A stretch of DNA of 64,000 nt. Source: Candidatus Bathyarchaeota archaeon. GTDB lineage: Archaea > Thermoproteota > Bathyarchaeia > Bathyarchaeales > Bathycorpusculaceae. The stretch lies in assembly GCA_963775465.1 (NCBI GenBank), contig CAVZIW010000003.1, positions 64,001-128,000 of the forward strand. The letters run 5' to 3'. The notes beneath the pieces were generated by a model. It saw only the letters and a program-made list of their open reading frames with translations. It was not told the origin of the DNA and made no database searches. The translations under genes and the position numbers were made by a program. Of this stretch, positions 48,309 through 58,073 are shown in pieces; the first letter of the stretch is position 1; every line of letters starts with the position of its first letter.

Positions 48309-49256
48309 CTATTTTAGTTGTATCGCCCTATTTTTAGTAGACGATTGGATTGCGGCGGTAGCTATTTCCAGCGCTTTTACCCCGTCTTCTCCTGTCACGA
48401 TGGGTTTTTTCTTTTCTACGATGCAGTCAACAAAGTGTTGTAGCTCGGCTTTTAGGGGTTCTTGGAAAGGAAGTCGAGGTTGCAACGTTTCAGTTTTCTG
48501 TTCAATCCAGAGGTCCTGGGTAATATAATCCAAGCGCATTATGCCCTCGCTTCCAGTTGCGGTTAACATGCGGGTTTTATAGGGGGTAAGCCAATTTGAT
48601 TCAATAAAGGCGCTCTCACCATTTCTGTAGGTGAGCATTATTTGGGCGTAATCTTCGAATTTCTTGATTCTCATACTCCCCATCTTGGCGTAGACTGAGA
48701 CGGGATCTTGCTTAGAAATAAACCGCATAACATCGATGTCGTGAATAGCCGTGTCTTTCACGACTCCAACATCGCCGATACGTTCAGGCCATTGGGAGAC
48801 ACGTTTTGCCGTGACACAGACAAGGTCTCCAATTTTCTTTTCCTCTACAGATTGGCGAATAAGCTGCAAACCAGGAATAAACCGCATCAGAAATCCAACC
48901 GTTAAGTGTAGCCCGTTTTCTTGTGCTGTCTGTACCAGTTTTTGGGCTTGTTGGGGCGTTGTCGCCATAGGTTTTTCTACTAAAACGTGTTTTCCCGCAT
49001 TAAGGGCTTTTTTTGCTTCTTTCGCTAAAATCGTTGACCAAGTACAAACGTTCACAGCTTCGATTTGTTTGTCTTTTAACATTTGGGTGCTGTCTGAATA
49101 AGCTTTTACACCATATTGGGCTGCCATGGCTTTGGCTCTTTCAGCATTAACGTCACATACTGCAACTAGTTGGGTTGAGGATAACTCTTTGTAAACTCTA
49201 GCGTGGTTTTTGCCCCACTGGCCTGTACCAATCACTGCTACGCCCAATTTTCTCAT
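48309..49256 (-). CDS. Gfo/Idh/MocA oxidoreductase, likely UDP-sugar 3-dehydrogenase
   Basis: GTGQWG, VEKP and DTAIHDID motifs; lies in a nucleotide-sugar operon. Confidence 0.85.
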   Translation of the reverse strand: MRKLGVAVIGTGQWGKNHARVYKELSSTQLVAVCDVNAERAKAMAAQYGVKAYSDSTQMLKDKQIEAVNVCTWSTILAKEAKKALNAGKHVLVEKPMATTPQQAQKLVQTAQENGLHLTVGFLMRFIPGLQLIRQSVEEKKIGDLVCVTAKRVSQWPERIGDVGVVKDTAIHDIDVMRFISKQDPVSVYAKMGSMRIKKFEDYAQIMLTYRNGESAFIESNWLTPYKTRMLTATGSEGIMRLDYITQDLWIEQKTETLQPRLPFQEPLKAELQHFVDCIVEKKKPIVTGEDGVKALEIATAAIQSSTKNRAIQLK

Positions 49257-50581
49257 TTCGTATCAGTTCCTCTTCCTAGCCCTCGGTATAAGAATCCTTT
49301 TGTTTCAACCTGTGAGGGCTCAACTTTTCCGGTTAAATCAACAATAACTGAAGGACTTTTCATTAGTGCCTTGATTCTTTTTAAAATTGAAGGACTGATT
49401 TGGGCTTTGCTTGACAAAATAACAATGCAATCCGCTCCCTCAACTGCCTCATTTAAACTTGACTTCAACAGTCCCGGATTTCGTGTATCCTTCTTGGTGG
49501 TTGGGTCATAGAGGTTAACTTTAGCACCTTTCTGCTCTATAGTTTTAACAAAAATGTTTGGGGTCCCCACTGGGTTTGCTGAACCCAAAACAGTAACCCT
49601 TGCTCTTCTCAAAGTTTTGCCGCAGCTACGAAGCGCATCCTGAGTTAGGTTAACTGCATATTTTACCATTTCCTCATTAATTTGCCTAGCCAAAACTGGT
49701 AACCTAAGTTTAACATTCAAGTTTTCCGCGCTTTCAAGTAAAAGGTGGGCTTCAGTATAGTTCTCTGCTTCTCCGATGGTTGGCCAAAAACTCCGATCTT
49801 TCATATCTTGAAGTTTCAAGATTTCAAAGTAATCTATTTTTGCGTTTTCACAAAAAATCGCAAATTCATTAGCTAATGCAACATTGGTGTCTTGTTTAGC
49901 AAGTGTGAAAAGGGTTTCGATTTCCGCAGTTTTAACGTTATTTATTGGGTTTACGTTTTTTGCTAAGGTCTTAAAGATGGTTAAAGCTGTGTTCAGACTT
50001 AGATTGTCATTTGCTGCGATTTTTAATTCTTGACTAGCCATTGTTTCCTTTACTGTAAGGATTGGATTGTATATTAATCCAAAGTTCTGTCCTGCTTTGA
50101 GTCCAGATGTGTTCTCTAGTGTTTCTTTAATGATTTCTTCGGTAAAGCCAAATCCTGCAATTCCCCCGTAAACTACGAGTACCCCTTCATGTAGTGCTGC
50201 TCCAACTTGTTTACACGCGTTCACGGTTTGTGTGATATCAGTTTTTTTTTGTTTGTTAACTTTAGCTGTAAAAGCGATTATTATTATATCGCTTTGTGTA
50301 ACACTCTTTTTTAGGTCATCTGTGACCTCTATTTGTCCTTTTTTGATTTGGCTTTTAAGTGTAGCCTCAACTTCTGGTTCAGAAAACGAAAGTTTTCCTT
50401 TGGCGACTTTTTTAACAACGCTTGGATCGGAGTCTGTGCATAACACCTTAAAACCCGTTTCTGCAAACGCGTTCGCGTACAAGATTCCTCTTTGTCCGCA
50501 CCCTAAAATGCCTACAGTGAACTGTGATCTTTTCTCAATGGAATCCAGATCTTCCGGTTTTAAGTTAAGAATCGGAGGCAT
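49253..50581 (-). CDS. UDP-glucose/GDP-mannose dehydrogenase-family homolog with degenerate active site
   Basis: three-domain layout retained (GILGCG, NVALANE, ARQINE, YDP) but catalytic motifs absent. Confidence 0.8.
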   Translation of the reverse strand: MPPILNLKPEDLDSIEKRSQFTVGILGCGQRGILYANAFAETGFKVLCTDSDPSVVKKVAKGKLSFSEPEVEATLKSQIKKGQIEVTDDLKKSVTQSDIIIIAFTAKVNKQKKTDITQTVNACKQVGAALHEGVLVVYGGIAGFGFTEEIIKETLENTSGLKAGQNFGLIYNPILTVKETMASQELKIAANDNLSLNTALTIFKTLAKNVNPINNVKTAEIETLFTLAKQDTNVALANEFAIFCENAKIDYFEILKLQDMKDRSFWPTIGEAENYTEAHLLLESAENLNVKLRLPVLARQINEEMVKYAVNLTQDALRSCGKTLRRARVTVLGSANPVGTPNIFVKTIEQKGAKVNLYDPTTKKDTRNPGLLKSSLNEAVEGADCIVILSSKAQISPSILKRIKALMKSPSVIVDLTGKVEPSQVETKGFLYRGLGRGTDTK

Positions 50582-50614
50582 TTGTAGGTCTCTTCTTAAA
50601 CAATTTGGGACTTG

Positions 50615-51985
50615 CTATACTGTTTGCAGGATTTTCTTAAGCTTATCTGTGTAGTCTTTGACGAGTTGTAAAGCCTTTTGTTGGTCTTTTGCTTCCGCGT
50701 AGAGTCTGAAAACTGGTTCAGTACCGCTTGGTCGAATCAATATAGCGCTTGCGTCGTTAAACCAGATTTTTACTCCATCAATAGTGCTTACGTTCTCATT
50801 CTTCACTTGTTCAAAAATTGCCTTTTGCACTGCTGCTTTTTTCTCATCGGCGCATTCGACTTTGCCTTTTTCGATGAAGTACTGCGGTTGTTCAGCTACA
50901 AGTTCAGCTAGAGATTTTCCGGTATCAGCCATTATGTTGAGGAGTAATGAGGTTGTCATGGCTCCGTCTCGGACTGCTTGATGTGGTCTATAGAAAATTC
51001 CTCCGTTCTCTTCCCCGCCCAAATTAGCGTTTTCCGCTTTCATGGTTTGTGAAACTGTTACGCTGCCGACTTTGGTCCAAATTAGGTTTCCCTTGTAGAC
51101 TTCCACAATATCTTTAATCAGTGTAGATGAGCTAACAGGGGTAACTATTTTTGCGCCGGGATTTTTGATTAAATACTGTTTTATGACTATGGCAAAAGTT
51201 TTGTCTCCCCAATAGATCGTTCCTTTGCTGTCGGTAAAGATTGAGCGATCAGCATCACCGTCAAAAGCTACACCTATATCAGCGCCTACGGCCTTGACTG
51301 TTGCTGACAAGTCACCAAGGTTTTCAGGTCGGGGTTCAGGGAGTCTACCTGGGAATGTACCGTCGATGTTAGCGTTTATAGTCGTGACTTTACATCCAAG
51401 GTCTCTAAATAATATTGGTGCAGCAATTCCTCCAACACTGTTAGCTGCATCTATGACAATATGGAAATGTTTACTAACAATTTTTGCGATATCAACATGT
51501 TTTTTGATGGCTTCTGCGTACTCCTCGTTTATTGCTGGTAATTCACGTTTCTCCCCCAACTTGTCCCAAGGAGCAAAGACGATTTTATTGTCGAAGTAAA
51601 TGTTCTCTATTTCCACTTCCTGTTCATGTGAGGTTTCGATGCCGTCGCTCCAAATGACTTTGATTCCGTTGTATTGGGGAGGATTGTGTGAAGCTGATAT
51701 TATGACTCCACCGTCCATTTTGTGGTTTTTAACTGCAAATTGAATAGCAGGTGTTGATGCCATACCTGCGAAGTGAACATTGCAGCCTGTGGCTGTTAGC
51801 CCAGAAGTGACTGCTTTAGCGAACATGGGACCACTAGTTCGAGCATCAAATCCTAAAAGTAAATTTTTTCCTGTTCCGAAAAAAGTTCCGATACAAGATC
51901 CGACTTTAATGGCCATCTCCGGTGTCAACTCAACGTTGACTAATCCTCGGATGCCGTTTGTTCCGAAAAGTTTCTTTGCGCTCAT
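50615..51985 (-). CDS. glmM: phosphoglucosamine mutase / phosphomannomutase
   Basis: FGTNGIRG, SASHNP, DGDADR and RPSGTEP motifs. Confidence 0.9.
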   Translation of the reverse strand: MSAKKLFGTNGIRGLVNVELTPEMAIKVGSCIGTFFGTGKNLLLGFDARTSGPMFAKAVTSGLTATGCNVHFAGMASTPAIQFAVKNHKMDGGVIISASHNPPQYNGIKVIWSDGIETSHEQEVEIENIYFDNKIVFAPWDKLGEKRELPAINEEYAEAIKKHVDIAKIVSKHFHIVIDAANSVGGIAAPILFRDLGCKVTTINANIDGTFPGRLPEPRPENLGDLSATVKAVGADIGVAFDGDADRSIFTDSKGTIYWGDKTFAIVIKQYLIKNPGAKIVTPVSSSTLIKDIVEVYKGNLIWTKVGSVTVSQTMKAENANLGGEENGGIFYRPHQAVRDGAMTTSLLLNIMADTGKSLAELVAEQPQYFIEKGKVECADEKKAAVQKAIFEQVKNENVSTIDGVKIWFNDASAILIRPSGTEPVFRLYAEAKDQQKALQLVKDYTDKLKKILQTV

Positions 51986-52037
51986 CCTTCTTCAACTCAG
52001 TAAATATTTAACAGATCATCTTGGTCTTAAAATGTTT

Positions 52038-53093
52038 TCAGTGGATTTCTTTAGCTGGACAGACTGCTATGCTATGCGAAAGGTTAACGTTGTTGCGGAT
52101 TTTAGCTTGATCTGCAACTATGCAGTTCTTTCCTACTTTAACGTGACTGCCTATTCTTGCTCCTTCACCAATTATTGCGCCGTCAATGATTGTCTCATCG
52201 CCTATTTCTGTGTCTTCAAAAATTACAGAGTTGGTGATTTGTACGTGTTTGCCTATTTTTACGTTTTTGCCTATAATGGCGTAAGGACCTATTACTGATT
52301 TTTCATCGATTTTTATACCTTTGTCTAGGGCGGTGGGGTCTTTTATTTCAAAAATTTTGGGAATTTTTTTTCTTTTGGACTTTACGATTAAATCAAGTAT
52401 GGTTTTGTTCGCTTCTAAATATTCTTTGGGTTTGCCGATGTCAATCCATAACCCTTCAGTTTTGTAACTATAAAGTTTGCCTTCTTGCGCTATCTTGGGG
52501 AAGACTTCACGTTCCAGTGAAACGGGTCTTCCTTCGGGAATATAGTCAAAGACTTTAGGGTCAAGGACGTATGCTCCTGCATTTATTAGGTTGCTCAATG
52601 CTTCTCCTTTAGCTGGTTTTTCAATGAACCTTTTGATGCGGTTCCCCTCTAGTTCAGCAACTCCAAAGGCAGAAGGGTCCTCAACGGTACATAATGCAAT
52701 TGTGGCAAGAGCCTTCGTTTTTTTATGAGTGGCAATGAGGTCCCTGTAGTTGATGTCAGCAAAAATGTCGCCATTTAAAACAATGAATGGTTCATCGTGG
52801 CCAATGAGTTTTTCTGCTTTTTTTATCGGTCCTGCGGTTCCTAGAGGTTTCTTTGGTGGATCTATTGAAAACTTTATTTTTAAACCGCTTTTTGCTGGGT
52901 GATTCTGTTGTATGTAGAATTGAGTTAAAGCGTTAACTGCAAGAACAGCTTTGTCAACCCCATTGTTAGATAGCCTTTCAAAAGTCCATTGGAGTAATGG
53001 TTTGTTTACTATCGGGAAGAGGGCTTTAGGTCGGGTGCAACTTAAGGGGCGCAGTCTTGTAGCGAAGCCGCCTGCTAAGATTATTGCTTTCAG
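52038..53093 (-). CDS. sugar-1-phosphate nucleotidyltransferase (mannose-1-P guanylyltransferase-like)
   Basis: AIILAGGFATRLRPL, LNGD, WIDIG and C-terminal hexapeptide repeats; start CTG 53093 or GTG 53102. Confidence 0.9.
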   Translation of the reverse strand: MKAIILAGGFATRLRPLSCTRPKALFPIVNKPLLQWTFERLSNNGVDKAVLAVNALTQFYIQQNHPAKSGLKIKFSIDPPKKPLGTAGPIKKAEKLIGHDEPFIVLNGDIFADINYRDLIATHKKTKALATIALCTVEDPSAFGVAELEGNRIKRFIEKPAKGEALSNLINAGAYVLDPKVFDYIPEGRPVSLEREVFPKIAQEGKLYSYKTEGLWIDIGKPKEYLEANKTILDLIVKSKRKKIPKIFEIKDPTALDKGIKIDEKSVIGPYAIIGKNVKIGKHVQITNSVIFEDTEIGDETIIDGAIIGEGARIGSHVKVGKNCIVADQAKIRNNVNLSHSIAVCPAKEIH

Positions 53094-53299
53094 AGATGTC
53101 ACCAGATGATCTATAATCTATTGTCGGATTTTTATATAAACAATTACGGCGAAATAATCAGCATTTCCTTCTAATACTGACTTTGTACGAGTGATAAATA
53201 GACGGTTTGGAAAAATTCAAGATACTAATCGCATACTATGCACAAAGGTTGAGGGTAAGACCAATGGCGGTTTTCATAGCTAAAAATAGACTAACTCTG

Positions 53300-54850
53300 T
53301 TATTCCCATTCGATTGTTGCTGGTGGTTTATGAGTAATGTCGTATACCACGCGAGTGACTTGCCCTATTTCATTTGTTATTCGGGTCGATATCTTTTCAA
53401 GTACTTGATAAGGTATCTTAGCAAAGCTAGCTGTCATGGCTTCGCGACTTTCCATAGCTCGTACCGCAACCACGTATCCGTACGCTCTAGAGTCACCTTT
53501 TACTCCTGTAGCTTTTGTGTCAGTCACTACTGAGAAGTACTGCCAAAGGCTCTCACCCAAACCGTTCAGCTCTATTTCTTCTCGGACAATTTTATCGGAT
53601 TTCTTTGCTATTGCGACTTTTTCTTCTGTTAACGGTCCAATTATTCTGACAGCTAAACCCGGTCCTGGGAATGGTTGGCGGTTAACGATTTCCTTGGGCA
53701 ATTCAAGCATCTTTGCAACTTTTCGTACTTCATCTTTGTAAAGGTCGCATAGGGGCTCAAGGATTTTTTTAAATTTAATTTTATCCGGTAATCCTGCAAC
53801 GTTGTGGTGGCTTTTGATTTTGTCGGAGTTTTTGCGGAAACCTGATTCAATTCGGTCTGGGTAAATGGTGCCCTGGATAAGGTATTGGGCTCCTGATTCA
53901 TTCGCTATTTCCTCAAAAACTCTGATGAATTCTTCGCCCATGATTTTTCGTTTAGTTTCTGGTTCTGTTACTCCACGAAGTTTGTTCATGAATCGTTCTT
54001 GGGCATTAGCCACAATCAATTTAATGGGGTATTTCTGGAAGCTTTCGCGAATTGCTTGGGTTTCGCCTTCCCGCATAAAGCCGTGGTCAACGTAAACTGC
54101 AGTTAGCTTTTCTCCAAGTGCTTTTGCTGCGAGTGCCGTGGCGACGCTGGAATCTATTCCTCCGCTTAGGCCAATTATGGCTTTAGCTCCTGCTGTTTCA
54201 GTTTGAAGTTCTTTGACCATTTTTCCTATAAGGTCTTCCATTTGCCAGTTAGCTTGAGCTTTGCATACTTGAAAAATGAAGTTTTGAAGCATCCGCATGC
54301 CGTTTTCAGTGTGGATAACTTCTGGGTGCCATTGGAGACCGTAGATGGGCTTAGTTTTGTGGCGAAATGCTGCAACTGGACAGTTTTCTGTGTGAGCTAA
54401 GGACTCGAATTCGGGTGGAGCTACCATGACGGTGTCGCCGTGGCTCATCCAAACTTTTTCTTTGTCGCTCAAGCCTTCCAATATTCCCACTGGTTTGTCA
54501 ATTGACACTTGAGCTATGCCATATTCTTTGCATGTTGCGGGTTCAACTTTGCCTTCAGTTATCTGTGCCAGAAGCTGATGCCCATAGCATAAGCCTAAAA
54601 TTGGCAAATTAACCTCTAAGATACGTGGATGAAGTCTGGGTGCGCTTGTCCCATAAACGCTTGAAGGCCCGCCAGAGAATATTAAACCTTTAACGTTGAA
54701 TTTCTTATTTAGAGCCGCTACTTCTTCAGGTGAAATGTCATGTGGAACAATTTCTGAATAAACACCATGTTCTCTGATTCTTCTACCGATCAAGTGGCAA
54801 TATTGTCCACCAAAATCAAGGACGAGTATGGTGTCATATTTCGTTGGCAT
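53300..54850 (-). CDS. guaA: GMP synthase, fused glutaminase and synthetase
   Basis: GLCYGHQ, QWHPE, SGGIDS and KPPATIEWE motifs. Confidence 0.97.
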   Translation of the reverse strand: MPTKYDTILVLDFGGQYCHLIGRRIREHGVYSEIVPHDISPEEVAALNKKFNVKGLIFSGGPSSVYGTSAPRLHPRILEVNLPILGLCYGHQLLAQITEGKVEPATCKEYGIAQVSIDKPVGILEGLSDKEKVWMSHGDTVMVAPPEFESLAHTENCPVAAFRHKTKPIYGLQWHPEVIHTENGMRMLQNFIFQVCKAQANWQMEDLIGKMVKELQTETAGAKAIIGLSGGIDSSVATALAAKALGEKLTAVYVDHGFMREGETQAIRESFQKYPIKLIVANAQERFMNKLRGVTEPETKRKIMGEEFIRVFEEIANESGAQYLIQGTIYPDRIESGFRKNSDKIKSHHNVAGLPDKIKFKKILEPLCDLYKDEVRKVAKMLELPKEIVNRQPFPGPGLAVRIIGPLTEEKVAIAKKSDKIVREEIELNGLGESLWQYFSVVTDTKATGVKGDSRAYGYVVAVRAMESREAMTASFAKIPYQVLEKISTRITNEIGQVTRVVYDITHKPPATIEWE

Positions 54851-55059
54851 TTTTTTGGCTCAGAATTATTGGGGTTTTTGCTCTAATTTAAGATTGCTGT
54901 CTACTTTCTGTTAAAGACGAGTTCAAATTCTTCGTTTAATGTTTCTTCATTTATTACACGGGCAAAATAACTAAACTCTTATAAACATATTTATCTGAAT
55001 ATCAGATGGATGTTCCTAAAAAGCTCTTTAGGCTGAAAAAACGTCCAGGAGTTAAAGTC

Positions 55060-55503
55060 ATGCAATTGAACGATACTGACGTAAAAATATTAAAAGGTCT
55101 CTTAGACGACGCAAGATTTTCAAGCAGACAAATTGCTAAGAACGTTGGTGTATCTGTTGGAACAGTATTATCTAGAATTAAGAAGATGGAAGATGACGGT
55201 CTTATCAAAGGATACTCAGTGGTTTTAGACCACGAAAAACTAGGTTATCAGCTAACTGTAGTTACTGAAATAACTGTCAATAAAGGTCGACTTGTTGAAA
55301 GTGAAAAAGAAATCGCCAAAATTCCCAACGTTTGTGGAGTCTATGACGTTACAGGTTTAACTGATGCAGTTATTGTGGCCAAATTTAAAAGTAGAGAAGA
55401 GCTAGGTATATTCACAAAAAAGCTGCTATCTTTACCATACATTGAACGCACTAACACCCATGTGGTTCTCAATACTGTGAAAGAAAACTTTCGCCTTCTC
55501 TGA
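55060..55503 (+). CDS. single-unit Lrp/AsnC transcriptional regulator
   Basis: HTH DVKIL...DAR...IAKNVGVS and RAM domain YDVTG; ATG after AGGAG. Confidence 0.92.
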   Translation: MQLNDTDVKILKGLLDDARFSSRQIAKNVGVSVGTVLSRIKKMEDDGLIKGYSVVLDHEKLGYQLTVVTEITVNKGRLVESEKEIAKIPNVCGVYDVTGLTDAVIVAKFKSREELGIFTKKLLSLPYIERTNTHVVLNTVKENFRLL

Positions 55504-55562
55504 TCTATCTTTTTTCATTTTTTTAAAAAGGAGAGTTTTTGAGGCTCTTAACAAAGTTAGGC

Positions 55563-56621
55563 TTATTTTTTTTCTGTGTTATGGCTTTCCATCTTGTATT
55601 TGAGTTCTGGTGCTGCTAGGGTGATTTTTGTTCCTGAAGAAATAGGGCCAGTTAACCAGACATTGCCACCGATCACAACGTTGTCGCCGATGATTGCTTC
55701 CGCTCCCAGTAAGGTTGCGCCTGAGTAAATAATTACGTTATTTCCGATGGTTGGGTGGCGTTTGCGTCCTTTTATGATGTTGCCTTTCTCGTCTTTTGGG
55801 AAACTAAGTGCGCCCAATGTTACGCCCTGATAGAGTTTAACGTTGTCTCCGATTTCTGCGGTTTCGCCGATAACAACGCCTGTGCCGTGGTCGATAAAGA
55901 AGCTTTTGCCGATCTTTGCTCCTGGATGGATATCAATACCTGTCAAAGAGTGCATATGTTCAGTTAGGATTCTTGGAATCAGAGGTATGCACCGAACGTA
56001 TAGTTCATGAGATATTCGGTATGTGGTTATCGCTAAAACGCATGGATAACTTAAGATAACTTCTTCTGTGCTTACTGCAGCGGGGTCACCGCTGAAGGCC
56101 GCCTGGATATCGCTACTTAGCATTGAACGAATTTCGGGAAGGTCTTCTAAGAGTTCTTTTACCACAACACGTGCACGTTTTTGGCAAACATCACGTGGGC
56201 ATTCACTGATTTTTCTACAAATGTACTTTAGGCTTTTTTCTACCTCTTCTGTCAGACGTGCGTAAACCGAAGTGAGCTTTGTGCCCAACTGATATTTTAT
56301 GTTAGCTTTGGTGATTTCTGAATCGCCCAAATAGCCAGGGAACAAAATAGTTAACAAATCTTCCAAGACTTCAATAACCACTTTTTTGGACGGGAGGTCT
56401 CTCCCTTCGAGGTGATCCATACCGCCGAACTTTTCATAGTTAACCATGATTTGGTCAACCAGTTTTGGGACTCCTTTTTCAACCCAGTCCTGCTCAACCT
56501 TTCCTTGGTTTTGCATTAATGCATCTAGCATTCTGTCTGGATTCCAGCAATCAACGTCAATGTTTTTGTTTTTGCAGTCTTGGCATTCTTTAGGTAGGTT
56601 GGGATTTGGATTTGTTGGCAT
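55563..56621 (-). CDS. cysE: serine O-acetyltransferase
   Basis: GDPAA, GIDIHPGA, FIDHGTGVVIGET and KRHPT motifs. Confidence 0.93.
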   Translation of the reverse strand: MPTNPNPNLPKECQDCKNKNIDVDCWNPDRMLDALMQNQGKVEQDWVEKGVPKLVDQIMVNYEKFGGMDHLEGRDLPSKKVVIEVLEDLLTILFPGYLGDSEITKANIKYQLGTKLTSVYARLTEEVEKSLKYICRKISECPRDVCQKRARVVVKELLEDLPEIRSMLSSDIQAAFSGDPAAVSTEEVILSYPCVLAITTYRISHELYVRCIPLIPRILTEHMHSLTGIDIHPGAKIGKSFFIDHGTGVVIGETAEIGDNVKLYQGVTLGALSFPKDEKGNIIKGRKRHPTIGNNVIIYSGATLLGAEAIIGDNVVIGGNVWLTGPISSGTKITLAAPELKYKMESHNTEKK

Positions 56622-56715
56622 TTTTTTCCCTTTTGTCTATCTATGAGGATTAAGGTGAATATAAAAAAAGCGTCTAATGAACGCTGATTAGATGGGTTTA
56701 AGCCGCTTTTGAGGC

Positions 56716-57639
56716 TTATTCTTGGAACAAATCGGTGCTTAGGTAACGTTCACCCGTGTCTGGCAATATGACAACAATTAGTTTTCCTTTGTTTTCAGGT
56801 CGCTTTGCGATCTCTAAAGCAGCATAAGCCGCTGCACCTGATGAGATGCCCACAAGCAATCCTTCTTCTTGTGCAAGTTGTCTAGCTGTTTGAAAAGCTT
56901 GGTCGTCAGTGACTTTAAAGACTTCATCTACCAAGTCAAGTTGGAGCACATCAGGTTTGAATCCTGCGCCTATGCCCTGGATTTTGTGTGGTCCTTTCTG
57001 TCCACCGCTGAGTACCGGTGAAGTTGCTGGTTCGACCGCTATGGTTTTGAACTCTGGCTTTTTAGGTTTAATGTATTGTGCTATTCCTGTAATAGTTCCG
57101 CCTGTGCCCACTCCTGCAACGAGGATATCTATTTTGCCGTCTGTGTCTTCCCAGATTTCAGGTCCACTGGTTTCTCGGTGGACTTTTGGGTTGGCGAGGT
57201 TTTTGAATTGTTGGGGCATAAAGCTGTTTGGTGTTGATGCGTTGAGTTCTTCGGCTTTTTTGATTGTTCCTCCCATGCCTTCGGGTCCAGGTGTGAGGAC
57301 AAGTTGTGCGCCGTATGCTTTGAGAAGGTGGCGGCGTTCTAGACTCATGGTTTCGGGCATTGTTAGTATTAATTTGTAGCCTTTTACAGCTGCGACCATG
57401 GCTAAGCCAATTCCGGTGTTGCCTGAAGTGGGTTCGATTAAGGTTGCGCCTGGTTTGATTAGGCCTTGTTTTTCTGCTTCAGCTACCATGCTTTGACAGA
57501 TTCGGTCTTTTACGCTGCCGCCTGGGTTTCGGGCTTCCAGTTTAGCCAACACTGTGGCTTTAACGCCCTTTGACAGGTTGTTTATTTGGACTAGGGGTGT
57601 TTTTCCGATTGTTTCTAAGACGTTTTTGTATACTTTCAT
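56716..57639 (-). CDS. cysK: cysteine synthase A
   Basis: [21 protein letters not shown] and HKIQGIG motifs. Confidence 0.96.
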   Translation of the reverse strand: MKVYKNVLETIGKTPLVQINNLSKGVKATVLAKLEARNPGGSVKDRICQSMVAEAEKQGLIKPGATLIEPTSGNTGIGLAMVAAVKGYKLILTMPETMSLERRHLLKAYGAQLVLTPGPEGMGGTIKKAEELNASTPNSFMPQQFKNLANPKVHRETSGPEIWEDTDGKIDILVAGVGTGGTITGIAQYIKPKKPEFKTIAVEPATSPVLSGGQKGPHKIQGIGAGFKPDVLQLDLVDEVFKVTDDQAFQTARQLAQEEGLLVGISSGAAAYAALEIAKRPENKGKLIVVILPDTGERYLSTDLFQE

Positions 57640-57807
57640 TCTCAACACCAGTATTATAACAGTGTTATGGAAGGTCTGGTATAAACATTGCCACAACCCA
57701 ACAAACACAACTCATAAAACAACAATACAAACTAAACCTAAAACAATTGCGCTTAAAACAAAGTAAAGCCTTTAAATGAGCCTTGTTCCTATATTTTCGC
57801 AACACAC

Positions 57808-57895
57808 GCGGAGGTCGCCCAGCATGGCCAAAGGCGTAGGACTGAGGCTCCTATCCCGCAGGGGTTCGTGGGTTCAAATCCCACCCTCCGCACCA
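57808..57895 (+). tRNA. tRNA-Leu(GAG), intron-less, with encoded CCA
   Basis: acceptor stem GCGGAGG/CCTCCGC, anticodon arm TAGGA-CTGAGGC-TCCTA, long variable arm, GTTCAAATC T-loop; TATA at ~57771. Confidence 0.96.
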
Positions 57896-58073
57896 GTAAA
57901 TCCGATTTCAGGGTTTTTAATTACATTTGTTTGCTGGTCCGCTACGTTTTTGATAGCTGAAAAGGTTTCCACACGTTATTGTTTTCCATGAAAAATTCTG
58001 ATCTTCTTAAGTAATGGTTAAAAGCCAATGATGTACTCACATACTTTAGCGTCAAAGAAGGTTTAGTACTGGA

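Noticed and set aside
53300-54850. Fused GuaA (split in many archaea)
   Set aside because: Fused forms are common and well known
57808-57895. tRNA-anchored integrated element
   Set aside because: No integrase, and I saw no duplicated tRNA 3' end (att site) in the window
58022-58033. AAGCCAATGATG, identical to the 5' part of the C/D sRNA candidate
   Set aside because: No downstream CTGA boxes or closing stem; likely a chance match within a promoter region
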